Shown here in pieces: positions 41,803 to 52,059 of a stretch of DNA of 64,000 nucleotides (positions are counted from its first letter, which is position 1; each line of letters starts with the position of its first letter). The stretch is from NCBI GenBank assembly GCA_964486045.1, contig CAZALK010000020.1, forward strand, positions 23,510 to 87,509, written 5' to 3'. A program made the position numbers and the translations under genes. The stretch comes from an uncultured archaeon. GTDB taxonomy: Archaea > Asgardarchaeota > Lokiarchaeia > Sigyniarchaeales > SOKP01. The notes under the pieces are model-generated. The model ran no database searches. It was not told the origin of the DNA and saw only the letters and a list, made by a program, of their open reading frames with translations.

Positions 41803-42321
41803 ATGAGAGAGATAAAGGTTAAAAATTCAAAGATCAGACTTGTTCAAGGAGATATTACAGAATTGGTGATAGATGCGGTTGTAAATGCAGCGAATTCTCA
41901 GCTTAGACTTGGTGGAGGAGTTGCAGGAGCAATTAGAAGGAAAGGTGGGCCGACAATTCAAGAAGAATGTGACGTAATTGGTGAAACATTTGTAGGTGGG
42001 GCTGTTATTACAACCGGTGGAAATTTGAAAGCTAAACATGTAATCCATGCTGTGGGTCCTAGGATGGGTGAAGGAAATGAAGATACTAAATTAAGGAATG
42101 CCACTTTGAATAGTTTAAGGTTAATGGATGCTTATAGATTAAAAACTATTGCCTTTCCAGCAATATCTACTGGAATTTTTGGGTATCCAATCGGTAAATG
42201 TTCAAAAATCATGATTACGACAGCAAAAGAATATTTAAGTACTAAAACTCAAATTAATGAAGTTATTTTTTGCCTATATACGAGTTCAGATCTCGAAGTT
42301 TTTGAAAAAGAGTTAAAATAA
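41803..42321 (+). CDS. Macro-domain protein (O-acetyl-ADP-ribose deacetylase-like)
   Basis: QGDIT, DAVVNAAN, GGGVAGAI, VIHAVGP, AFPAISTGIFGYP. Confidence 0.95.
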   Translation: MREIKVKNSKIRLVQGDITELVIDAVVNAANSQLRLGGGVAGAIRRKGGPTIQEECDVIGETFVGGAVITTGGNLKAKHVIHAVGPRMGEGNEDTKLRNATLNSLRLMDAYRLKTIAFPAISTGIFGYPIGKCSKIMITTAKEYLSTKTQINEVIFCLYTSSDLEVFEKELK

Positions 42322-42433
42322 TTCATTCTTGACGTTACTTTTTTTATTAAAGTTATATTTATAATCAGAAGAAGAATAAATTATAGTAAGATATTTTCTC
42401 AATATAATTACAGTTTATGGGTTTATCTTTAAG

Positions 42434-45346
42434 ATGAGTGATTATAAGTATATAAAATTCTTTGAAGATTTAAGAGTGGGAGATGTACCTCTTGTAGGAG
42501 GGAAAAACGCTTCACTTGGTGAATTATTGAGCTTTGGAATGCCTGTTCCATTTGGTTTTGCAATAACTGTGAACGCTTTTGATTATGTGTTAGATACTAA
42601 CTTCTTTACTATAAAAGATAAGGAAGTGTCACTTAGGGAGTTGATTGCAAGAGATATTAGAAGGATTTCTAACGAATTGAAATCAGAAGATATAAAAGTC
42701 GTTGAGAAAGTAGACAAAATTTGCGCTAATATTCGCTATGTTATCGAACAATCAAAAATTCCGGATTCTCTCTCAGATGAAATCTTACAGGCTTATTCAA
42801 AGTTAAATGAAAAATTAGGGACAAAATCTACATTCGCAGTTAGGAGTTCCGCCACAGCTGAGGATCTACCTGATGCATCGTTTGCAGGACAACAAGATAC
42901 GCATTTAAATATCTCGGGTGAAGATAATATTTTAGAATATGTTTTGAAGGATATGGCTTCTATTTTTACTACGAGAGCAACTATGTATCGTGAACGTGCG
43001 GGTTTTGACCACTTTTCTGTAAAGTTAAGTGTTTGTGTCCAGTTTATGGCAGGTGGTTTGGGTGGTGTTAAGTCTTCTGGTGTAATGTTCACTGAAGACC
43101 CTGATTCAGGTAATCCAAATGTTATTTCAATTAGAGGAACATGGGGCTTAGGAGAATTGATCGTGCAAGGTGTTGAAAAAGGAGACGAATTCTTAGTATT
43201 CAAACACGACCCCAAAGGACTAAGGATAATTCGTCGTGAATTAGTAAATAAAGAAAAAATGATGATATTTACTAATAAGACTGAAAGTATAGGTACTGAA
43301 GTCGTTCCGGTACCGGAAGACAAACAAAGAATGTATAGTTTAACAGAAAAGGAAGTTTTAACCTTAGCAGAATATGCACTAAAGATTAGAGAACATTATG
43401 GTAAAAGAATGGATATTGAATGGGCTGTTGGGAACAATAATGAAGTATACATCGTTCAAGCACGTCCCGAGACAGTTCATAGCATGAAAGGAGATGTAGA
43501 GGAAATATTTTATCTTCTTGAAGATCCCATGAAATTAATTCAGGATGGTTTATTAGTAGAAAATTCTGGAATTGCAATTGGTCGAAGAATTGGATATGGA
43601 AAAGTTAAGGTTATCGAATCAATTAGTGATGCAAATTTATTAAGAGAAGGAGATATTCTTATTACTGAGGAAACAAATCCAGATTGGACATCCTATATGC
43701 AAAATCTTGGTGGTGTTATCACGGAACGCGGTGGCCCAACCTGTCATGCGGCCATAGTTTCAAGAGAATTAAATATTTCGTCAATTGTTGGGGCTGATGA
43801 CATTATACAGGTAATGAAGGAAAAGCAACGAGATGGGATTGACTATGTAACAATAGATTGTAGTGAAGGGGAACCAAGAATATGGTTAAAAGATGTAGAA
43901 TATGACTTTGATACAATTGAATTCGCTAAACTCCCACAAACAAAAACTAAGGTATTGGTAAATTTAGGAATACCGAAGGGAGCTCTTTCCTCAGGGAAAT
44001 ATCCCGATGGAACGGGGTTAGCAAGATTAGAATTTATAATCAACGATGAGGCCCAAATCCATCCAAATGCTTTAATTGATTTCGAAGCTTTGATTTTGCG
44101 TCTTGAAATTTTACTCGATCAAAGAAATAAAATTGAAAACATAAAAAAAAGTGATTTGTATCCTAAAGATCCTTTTAATCAAGAAATATATCAATTAAGG
44201 CAGACATTAGATAAAATCAGAGAAGTTACTTTTGGGTACGATGATAAAAAAGAATTTTATGTTGATAAATTAGCTGAAGGAATTGCTACTATTGCTGCGG
44301 GAGTATGGAAAACTTTACCAGATGGCAGTGCTGCTGAATGTGTAGTAAGGCTTTCAGACTTTAAGACCAATGAATATGCAAATTTAATTGGGGGTTGGAT
44401 CTATGAAGGAGAAGAAAATAACCCCCTTTTGGGCTTCAGGGGTTGTTCTCGCTATTCCCACGATGAGTTTCAAGAAGCGTTCCTCCTGGAATTAAGAGCT
44501 ATCAAAAAAGCTCGTGGTTGGGGGCTGTCCAATATTATTCCGATGCTTCCGTTCTGTCGCTCCCATAACGAGGCAGCTCGGATATTAGAAATCATGGAAA
44601 GTGAAGGATTAGTTCGAGGAGAAGATGGATTAAAGGTTTATGTTATGGCAGAAATCCCTTCGAATATTATATGTGCTGACTTATTCAGTGAAATTCTTGA
44701 CGGATTTTCCATAGGATCGAATGATTTAACGATGCTGACCTTTGGCGTTGACCGGGATGAAGCAAAGCTAATACCAATCGCTAACGAATTCAAATATACA
44801 ACAAATAGTGAAGCTTTAAGAAGATCATTAAAACACCTCATTAAGACTGCTCATGAATATAATAGAAAAGTTGGAATTTGCGGTCAAGCTCCGAGTGATG
44901 ATCCCGATTTCTTAAGGTTCCTTGTCCAAGAGGGTATAGACTCCATCTCATTAAATTTCGACACATTCGCAAAAGGGAGGATTAATACGTGGCGTACTGA
45001 AGTAATTGAGAATAAACTTAAGGATGATGAAGAAGGAAAAAGCAAATCTTACGGTTTTCTTAGTGATTGTGATAATTTAATTAACAACATCAGAATTCCT
45101 CGGGGAAAATTACGAAATTTGGTGAGAAAGCAAGGAAAAGAAGTCGATAAGAAACTTGGAGAATATACTGAACGTTATAATCAAATATTCCAAGAGATTC
45201 AAGATATTTCAGCGAAATTTGTTGAAGACATAGCTCAAACACAAAAGTTTGAGGATGTGTTTAAGAAATATGATGGTAAAATGACAATTTTTGAAGAGGA
45301 AATCCCCAAACTTCAGAAAGAAATTAGACGATTCAAGATATATTAA
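42434..45346 (+). CDS. ppsA: Phosphoenolpyruvate synthase (pyruvate, water dikinase)
   Basis: VGGKNASLGE, AVRSSATAEDLPDASFAGQQDT, DIEWA, GGPTCHAAIVSRE, RLSDFKTNEY, NPLLGFRG, FSIGSNDLT, GICGQAPSD. Confidence 0.95.
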   Translation: MSDYKYIKFFEDLRVGDVPLVGGKNASLGELLSFGMPVPFGFAITVNAFDYVLDTNFFTIKDKEVSLRELIARDIRRISNELKSEDIKVVEKVDKICANIRYVIEQSKIPDSLSDEILQAYSKLNEKLGTKSTFAVRSSATAEDLPDASFAGQQDTHLNISGEDNILEYVLKDMASIFTTRATMYRERAGFDHFSVKLSVCVQFMAGGLGGVKSSGVMFTEDPDSGNPNVISIRGTWGLGELIVQGVEKGDEFLVFKHDPKGLRIIRRELVNKEKMMIFTNKTESIGTEVVPVPEDKQRMYSLTEKEVLTLAEYALKIREHYGKRMDIEWAVGNNNEVYIVQARPETVHSMKGDVEEIFYLLEDPMKLIQDGLLVENSGIAIGRRIGYGKVKVIESISDANLLREGDILITEETNPDWTSYMQNLGGVITERGGPTCHAAIVSRELNISSIVGADDIIQVMKEKQRDGIDYVTIDCSEGEPRIWLKDVEYDFDTIEFAKLPQTKTKVLVNLGIPKGALSSGKYPDGTGLARLEFIINDEAQIHPNALIDFEALILRLEILLDQRNKIENIKKSDLYPKDPFNQEIYQLRQTLDKIREVTFGYDDKKEFYVDKLAEGIATIAAGVWKTLPDGSAAECVVRLSDFKTNEYANLIGGWIYEGEENNPLLGFRGCSRYSHDEFQEAFLLELRAIKKARGWGLSNIIPMLPFCRSHNEAARILEIMESEGLVRGEDGLKVYVMAEIPSNIICADLFSEILDGFSIGSNDLTMLTFGVDRDEAKLIPIANEFKYTTNSEALRRSLKHLIKTAHEYNRKVGICGQAPSDDPDFLRFLVQEGIDSISLNFDTFAKGRINTWRTEVIENKLKDDEEGKSKSYGFLSDCDNLINNIRIPRGKLRNLVRKQGKEVDKKLGEYTERYNQIFQEIQDISAKFVEDIAQTQKFEDVFKKYDGKMTIFEEEIPKLQKEIRRFKIY

Positions 45347-45536
45347 TCAGCCAAACTTAAAAAATGCTATTCTTTCTATTTGGTAGTATACATTCCAATA
45401 TAAAATGACCCTCACTAAAGCATGAGATTTGGAAATTTGGTATTTCCTAAAAATAAATTCAAAAACAAAAAAATTAAATTTTAAATAATATTTCAAAATT
45501 TAAATTCCTCATTAAATACACTATTTTTGGTGATTT

Positions 45537-45818
45537 TTGTCCATGGCAAACGGATTTAACGACGTAATAAAAACAGCTTTCGAAGAAGTTGAAAATCTTT
45601 TAAATGGGTTGTTAGGTGACCGAAGCGTACCCCGAAACATTAAAAGAGTTGCTCAGAAAGGTATCGATGAACTTAATAAAGAGGATGAAACCGCTGGTGT
45701 GCTTGCCAGTAATGTTATGTATATGGTTGATGATTTAAGTTTAGATCCAAATATACCCTTTCATTCCCGTACTACTATTTACAGAATTATTTCTATTTTA
45801 GAAAAAATTAAAGATTAA
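45537..45818 (+). CDS. UPF0147-family protein
   Basis: DRSVPRNIKRVA...DPNIPFHSRTTIY.IIS.LE. Confidence 0.9.
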   Translation: MSMANGFNDVIKTAFEEVENLLNGLLGDRSVPRNIKRVAQKGIDELNKEDETAGVLASNVMYMVDDLSLDPNIPFHSRTTIYRIISILEKIKD

Positions 45819-45937
45819 ATCATTTCAAGAGCAATATTTAACTAATTATTTTTATTTGAAAAATTGGGGATTAATCAACTCCTATTTATTAAATTTCATT
45901 TTATTAATACAAGAATTTATAGAATCCTAATACCTAT

Positions 45938-46011
45938 GGGAAGGTGGTCTAGATTGGTATGATTCTTGGTTCGGAACCAAGAAACCGGGGGTTCAAATCC
46001 CCCCTTTCCCA
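45938..46011 (+). tRNA. tRNA-Pro(CGG), intronless, CCA not encoded
   Basis: Acceptor GGGAAGG/CTTTCCC + A73; anticodon arm CTTGG-TTCGGAA-CCAAG (CGG at 45972-45974); T arm GGGGG-TTCAAAT-CCCCC; TTTATA about 20 nt upstream. Confidence 0.93.
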
Positions 46012-46101
46012 ATAAATCTAACCCATTCATTTATAAAGTGAAATGTATTTAATTAGATAGGAATTAAGCAATTTATTTAATTTAATTGGGGACTTTGAAT
46101 T

Positions 46102-46806
46102 ATGGCATTAGATCTAAACGGATGGATTGATGGTATAACAGCCACAGGTGTAGTAGTTTTTGGTATATTTGTAGGTTTATTCTTTTTTTACGAGTCAAGA
46201 AAGAGGAATGCAAAACTTTTAGCTTATTTGGGTTTAGCTAATTTGTTTGCTGGTCTTATGTTTTTAGGTGTGTTTTTAGATTTCCTTTTTGTACTCATAT
46301 TACAGCAGAATATTGTTAATAATGGAATTGTAGCATTACTTTCTTATATCTGGTTTGCTCCTGTAATAATATCAGCGATGTATATTGGAGCTGAGCTCTT
46401 AGCTCCAAAAATAAAAAAACCTATATTCATAATCTTCTTAATTATTTCCATTATCTTTGAAATTGTAATATTCATAGATCGTACAAATTCATTTAATTTC
46501 GTCCCTGCTATACCTATCCCTCCACCTATAAATTTAATTGATTATAATGTCAGTCTTCTCTCTTTAGCTGGAATACTTATGGGTGGGTTATTATTACTGG
46601 TTTTGGTATTTTTAGGATTAGGATTTTTATATAAAGCATTGCAATCTTCAGGAGTAATTCGAAAAAATTTCTTACTATTATCTGCTGGTTCAATTTCTTT
46701 CTGTATTTTTGGGTTATTAGAAGGTTTAATTGCTCCGGGACCGCTTGTAATTTTTATAAGGTTGGGTTATGGTAGTTCCTTTATACTCATGTATTTCGGT
46801 CTGTAA
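46102..46806 (+). CDS. Seven-TM membrane protein with no cytoplasmic output domain
   Basis: Seven hydrophobic segments counted by eye; basic loops after TM1 and TM5. Confidence 0.75.
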   Translation: MALDLNGWIDGITATGVVVFGIFVGLFFFYESRKRNAKLLAYLGLANLFAGLMFLGVFLDFLFVLILQQNIVNNGIVALLSYIWFAPVIISAMYIGAELLAPKIKKPIFIIFLIISIIFEIVIFIDRTNSFNFVPAIPIPPPINLIDYNVSLLSLAGILMGGLLLLVLVFLGLGFLYKALQSSGVIRKNFLLLSAGSISFCIFGLLEGLIAPGPLVIFIRLGYGSSFILMYFGL

Positions 46807-46914
46807 AAGATATCCTTAAGTTCTTTTTTTTTACTCAGCGAATAATATTTATATGTAAAAATTAAATTAATTGTTAAGAGTGAATTATTTATTGGTAGTT
46901 TTTAGTAAAATCCT

Positions 46915-47967
46915 TTGAAAACCATGGAAAGACAAATAATTAAAGCTGTAGTATACAGTAATTTAGATGAAGAATTGGGTCCCGATCCTAAAGCTTTTAC
47001 ACCTGATAATTTTCCTCTAGTAAATTTAATGCTTATTAGTATGAAAACCTTTGCCGTTCTTACTGGTGAGAAAGGATTTATACCGGAGTCACTAGTTATT
47101 CTTCCGTTTCCATCACTTAAACTAAAGGGTTTAATTAAGTATATTAATTGGGAGGACCCAAAGAAACGAGGGGGTTTTGGCCAATCTAATATTGCGATAT
47201 TTTTCCAAGAAATGGATGATGCAATTTTTTATAAGTATTTAAAGGAACTCTCAGCTCCGTTTAACGATGTAGCCCAAAACATCGCATTTTTAGAAAAATC
47301 TAATGCTCCTAAGGAAGATTATATTAATGAGTTAATAAATCTTCAAAATGCATTAACCGAAATTTTAGAAGAATTAAGAAGCATAGAGCTTTCGAAGTCA
47401 AACGTTGAGTCGTTGGAAGGGAGAATTAAGGATAGGAATTTGATAGATTTTCAATTTAAAATTATTCTTGTAGGGGATCCAACGGTAGGAAAAACAAGTC
47501 TAATTCTAAGATATACTGATAATGCTTTTAGGCGAGCATATGTTTCAACTATGGGTGTTCATGTTTCAAATAAAATATTTAAAGCTGAAGATTCTGCGAT
47601 TATCCAGCTTGTTTTATGGGACATAGGAGGTCAAGAAAGATTTAAAATAATGAGGCAACAGTTTTATCAAGGATCTGATGCAGTATTTATAATTTTTGAC
47701 CTTACTAATCCCGATTCATTTAGAGGTGTGCCTAATTGGTATTCAGATATACAAAAACTATTAAAATTAAATAAAGAAGATACTCTAGGTTTCCTAGTTG
47801 GAAATAAGAGGGATTTAGATAAGGACATAAAAATAAAATCTGAAGAGGCTCAAAATCTGGCCGAACAGTTCAATTTAGAATATCTTGAAACTTCAGCACT
47901 CTCAGGAGAAAACGTTTATGCCGTTTTCAGCAATATCGCCAATTTACTCTATGAATCGAGAAAATAA
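46915..47967 (+). CDS. uDENN/longin-like domain + Rab-like small GTPase
   Basis: SNLDEELGPDP, ILPFP, RGG; GDPTVGKTS, STMG, WDIGGQERF, NKRD, ETSAL; no C-terminal Cys. Confidence 0.88.
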   Translation: MKTMERQIIKAVVYSNLDEELGPDPKAFTPDNFPLVNLMLISMKTFAVLTGEKGFIPESLVILPFPSLKLKGLIKYINWEDPKKRGGFGQSNIAIFFQEMDDAIFYKYLKELSAPFNDVAQNIAFLEKSNAPKEDYINELINLQNALTEILEELRSIELSKSNVESLEGRIKDRNLIDFQFKIILVGDPTVGKTSLILRYTDNAFRRAYVSTMGVHVSNKIFKAEDSAIIQLVLWDIGGQERFKIMRQQFYQGSDAVFIIFDLTNPDSFRGVPNWYSDIQKLLKLNKEDTLGFLVGNKRDLDKDIKIKSEEAQNLAEQFNLEYLETSALSGENVYAVFSNIANLLYESRK

Positions 47968-48146
47968 TTTTGGGTGAATAGATCGTGAAAGGATGGTTTC
48001 ACGAACTTATAATTCTCTAAGAAATCTATCATTTAGATTAAGAATTTTTTTAAATTCAGACGGTTAACAGTGAAGTTTAAACTATAAATTGCCCGATTAA
48101 ATTATATTAATTATTTCATTATTTTTCTATAAAGAGAGTAGATAAT

Positions 48147-48980
48147 TTGTATATTGATTGTCATGCACACTTATTTTTTAACCCTATTCACACAGAAGCT
48201 ATTGATGAAGATATCACAGGTGTTATCCCAACTCCTAATACAGATTTTATAAGTAAAACGATCTCTAACGCAGAAGAGAAAGGAGTTAGTCATTTTGTTG
48301 GAGTAATAAGCGATCCTAATAATTTTCCCTATTATCAGATTCAATTGGAGTTAGAAAATATTATACACATAATCGGGATCTCAAGGGGTAATGCACTTGG
48401 AGACCAAACACATATGTTTTCTCTACTGGAAAAGGAAATAGAAACAAAAATACCTCAAGGTATAGGAGAGATTGGTTTAGATTATGAATATGGTTTTGAT
48501 AAGTTAAATATCCATGAAAAAAACTTGATGAAAAAAAAACAGCAGGAATTATTTGGAAAGTAAATTCAAATAGCAAAAGAAATTAATATCCCTATTGTCG
48601 TGCATGCTGGGTATGGAACAGATAAAGATATTGTTACAATATTAAAACAAGAACAAGCTCAAGATGTGGGGGGGCAAATTCATGGGTATATGTCTAATGA
48701 GGTGTTAGTTTCTGAACTACTTGATATTGGTTTTTACTTTTCATTTGGATATTTTCACACGAGAGAAGACGAATTCAAAAAAATAATTGAATTAGTCCCT
48801 TTAGAACACCTTCTTGCTGAAACTGATTATCCATATCATTTACTGGATTCTCCAAAGAGATTTATATTTCCAGAAGATGTAGTTTTAATAACTGACGAGA
48901 TTGTTACTTTAAAAGTGATTGATTCTAAAATTTTTTGTAATCAGGTAATGAGAAATGCTAGACGACTCTTTAGATACTAG
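48147..48980 (+). pseudogene. tatD: TatD-family hydrolase with an in-frame TAA at 48561-48563
   Basis: DCHAH, GIGEIGLD, LFGK*IQIAKEINIPIVVH (TAA where TatD usually has Gln/CAA), IHGY, AETDYPY; both halves in one frame. Confidence 0.85.
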
Positions 48981-49282
48981 ATACGACATAGAAACCGAGA
49001 AGATCCAACTCACTGAATATTTAGAAATGTTAAGATTTATTTTTACTTTTAGTTTTAAATTCAAAAATCTTAAATAAAAATTACTTATTATACTGAACTA
49101 ATAAAAATTTTCGTCAAAAGAAGAGATAACAGATGAAGGTTGTCTTATTTAAGACAATTTTTTAAATATTTTAGATGTAAAGATTCTTAATTAAAATAAC
49201 ACCAATATTTTATAAAACTACATATATAAGTTTACAAATGAAGAAAGACTAACTATTTTGTTATATAACGCATTTCTTTATT

Positions 49283-50332
49283 ATGATGAAAGAGATTATT
49301 AAATCTATTGTCTACACCTCAATGGATGAGAGGTTAGGACCGAGTCCGCATTTATGGTTGCCATTAGATTTACCCGAAGATATTCGAATGGGAGTAAGCA
49401 TAAAATCAATTACGATGCTTACAACAGATCAAGGAATTATCCCTAAATCATTAGTAATCATGCCCTTCCCTTCTTTTGGACAAAAAGGATTGATAAAATA
49501 TATTGAACGTGCAGATGATTCTCGCCGCGGAGGTATAGCATTATCATCAATTACACTATTATTTGATGAAGCCGATGATCTTATTTTCTATAAATACTTG
49601 GATTACCTTGAAACTGCGTTTTCTAAAAGCGCCCAGAAAATTATTGAATTAGAAAATCAGAATGCAGAAAGCGTTGAGATTTATGCAGAGATAAATATCC
49701 TTCGAAAAAACCTCACAGAAATTTTAAATGATTTACAAAACAAAGAAAAATCAATTATTGAAGGAAAGGCGTTTCCTAAAGAAGAAACTGATAAAGAGTT
49801 AGTTGGATTTCATTCCAAAATTATTGTATGTGGAGATCCATCTGTAGGTAAAACCAGTACTATCCTACGATTTACTGATAACGCTTTCATCCGTACTTAT
49901 ATCCCTACTTTAGGTGTAAGTATTTCTGAGAAAACTATCAAAATAAAAGAAGAGTATGTGAATTTAATCTTTTGGGATATAGCTGGACAAAGTAAATTTG
50001 AAATGATGAGGAGACATTTTTATCAAGGTGCAGAAGCGGTAATTGTTATATTTGATCTAACAAATCGTAAGTCATTTGAAAGTGTTTCAGGTTGGTATAA
50101 GGACATAAAGAGGTACATCGAAATCTACCAAAACACTTTAATAGGGTTTGTTTTAGGAAATAAAGAGGATTTAGTTGGTGAGAGGAAAGTTTCAACTGCA
50201 GAGGCTAGTAGTGTAGCCAAAAGTCTAAACATTGGATACGTCGAGACTTCAGCTAAGACTGGTAAAAATGTTGAACAGTTATTTTATAGAATAGCAGATT
50301 CTTTATTAAAAACAAAAAAAAAAAATGATTAA
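49283..50332 (+). CDS. uDENN/longin-like domain + Rab-like small GTPase
   Basis: SMDERLGPSP, IMPFP, RRGG; GDPSVGKTS, PTLG, WDIAGQ, NKED, ETSAK; paralogue of 46915-47967. Confidence 0.88.
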   Translation: MMKEIIKSIVYTSMDERLGPSPHLWLPLDLPEDIRMGVSIKSITMLTTDQGIIPKSLVIMPFPSFGQKGLIKYIERADDSRRGGIALSSITLLFDEADDLIFYKYLDYLETAFSKSAQKIIELENQNAESVEIYAEINILRKNLTEILNDLQNKEKSIIEGKAFPKEETDKELVGFHSKIIVCGDPSVGKTSTILRFTDNAFIRTYIPTLGVSISEKTIKIKEEYVNLIFWDIAGQSKFEMMRRHFYQGAEAVIVIFDLTNRKSFESVSGWYKDIKRYIEIYQNTLIGFVLGNKEDLVGERKVSTAEASSVAKSLNIGYVETSAKTGKNVEQLFYRIADSLLKTKKKND

Positions 50333-50347
50333 AAATTTGAGATAAAA

Positions 50348-50923
50348 ATGAATTTAGAAGAAATTATTTTCAAAAGAAGAACAATTAGAAGATTTAAGCA
50401 AGATCCAATCTCGTTAGACACCTTAAAGAAGTTAGTGGATTTTGCTCGTGTTGCCCCAATGGCAAGTAATATTCAAGCCCTTGAATTTATCATCATTAAA
50501 GAGGAGGAAGAGAGAAAAAAAGTTTTTCAACTAGTACATTTTGCTAGTTCACTTCCTAAAGATCAAAGAACTCCTGAAAGCGGAAGAGAACCTACTGCTT
50601 ATATCGTAGTTCTAGCAAATACCAATATAAAAAAATCCTTTGTAGATTTCGATGTTGGAGCGGCTGTTGAAAACATATTACTCGGTGCAATTAATTTTGG
50701 GATTGGGACATGCTGGATGGCTAACATCAACGCGAAAAAAATAAGAGAAATGTATGAAATCCCTGAGCATTATGATATAAAACAGGTCATCAGTTTAGGA
50801 ATCCCGGATGAAGAATCTGTTATGGAACCAATTGAGGATTCATTTAAATATTGGAAAGACCAAGATGGAAAGATGCACATTCCTAAAAGAGATTTAAAAG
50901 ATGTGATATTCAAAATCTATTAA
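50348..50923 (+). CDS. Nitroreductase-family protein
   Basis: KRRTIRRF, ARVAPMASNIQ, DVGAAVENILL.A...GIGTCW, PKR. Confidence 0.93.
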   Translation: MNLEEIIFKRRTIRRFKQDPISLDTLKKLVDFARVAPMASNIQALEFIIIKEEEERKKVFQLVHFASSLPKDQRTPESGREPTAYIVVLANTNIKKSFVDFDVGAAVENILLGAINFGIGTCWMANINAKKIREMYEIPEHYDIKQVISLGIPDEESVMEPIEDSFKYWKDQDGKMHIPKRDLKDVIFKIY

Positions 50924-51204
50924 ATTTTCATAAATTTATTTCTTTTTTTTACTTATCCCCTTTACACCTCATTTTTCGGCTTCTATCTTAGGTAGATTAA
51001 TATTTAAACCCTTTTATCAAGTTTAGCTTCAATGTTATTCTTATCTATATTTTAATGAATGGTAAAGTTTTCATTAAGATATGACTCAACTTCAATTTTA
51101 TAGTCTATGTATATTTGAGTGAAACAAGAAAAAGATTAAAAAAGAAGTCCCTATATTTTATTTACAAAGTAAAAAACAATATTAAAAAAATAGAGGAAAA
51201 ATGC

Positions 51205-52002
51205 ATGAAGATAATAGAAATTGAAGGTGTTGGTGAAAAATATGCTAAAACTTTAGAGAAAGCAGGTATAGCAAATGTCAAGGACTTAATACCTTTAAAA
51301 TGGAAAGAAATTAAGGATCTCGCTGCTAAAACAGATATTTCTTTAAAATTAGTTGAAAAATGGCAAGATCAGGCAGAATTAATGAAAATAAAAGGTGTTG
51401 GTCCTGAATATTCCGAAGTCTTGAATAGAGTTGGAATAGATTCAACTCGAGAACTTGCCTATCGAAACCCTAAAAATACACTTGAAAAAATTGTTGAATT
51501 TGACAAGAAACAACCTAATGTCATAAGAAAAATCCCAGTTGCTAAAGATATAGAAGGCTGGATTACTGAAGCCAAAGGTATGATTAAAGAGAAAAATGTA
51601 AAGATTACAACAAAAACAACTCCTATAATTGACATCGAGGGAATTGGTGATAAATTTGGAAAAACTTTAGAAAAAGTGGGTGTAAGTTTTGTCGAAAATC
51701 TTGTGGGTTTAGATAAAGACGGCATAAAAGAATTAGCTTCGAAAACGAAAATCTCAGAAAAATTAATAGACAAATGGGCAGAACATGCAGATTTGATGAG
51801 AATAGGGGGTGTGGGACCGGAATATTCTGAAGTATTGAATGAAATTGGAATCGACTCAGTAAAAGAATTTGCACAACGTAACCCCAAAAATACTTTAGAC
51901 CGAATAATGGCCTTGGATAAAGAAAAACCAGACATTTTCAGGAGACCACCATCTTTAAAAATGGTTGAAGAATGGATTGAAGAAGCCAAGAAAATTAAAT
52001 AA
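51205..52002 (+). CDS. Protein with two tandem HhH/DUF4332 modules
   Basis: Two copies of I..IEG(V/I)G.K..KTLEK.G...LM.I.GVGPEYSEVLN..GIDS..E.A.RNPKNTL; the likely start ATG 51205 follows GAGG. Confidence 0.88.
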   Translation: MKIIEIEGVGEKYAKTLEKAGIANVKDLIPLKWKEIKDLAAKTDISLKLVEKWQDQAELMKIKGVGPEYSEVLNRVGIDSTRELAYRNPKNTLEKIVEFDKKQPNVIRKIPVAKDIEGWITEAKGMIKEKNVKITTKTTPIIDIEGIGDKFGKTLEKVGVSFVENLVGLDKDGIKELASKTKISEKLIDKWAEHADLMRIGGVGPEYSEVLNEIGIDSVKEFAQRNPKNTLDRIMALDKEKPDIFRRPPSLKMVEEWIEEAKKIK

Positions 52003-52059
52003 TATTTTTTTATCTTTATTTTTTAGTTGAGATCAATATATTGCTGTTTGATTTTAGTT

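Noticed and set aside
47983-48004. Hairpin TCGTGAAA-N6-TTTCACGA after the GTPase gene
   Set aside because: Single 8-bp stem with no U-tract or second copy; not enough to assign a function.
45938-50332. tRNA-anchored integrated element
   Set aside because: No integrase, no duplicated tRNA 3' end seen, and downstream genes look host-typical.
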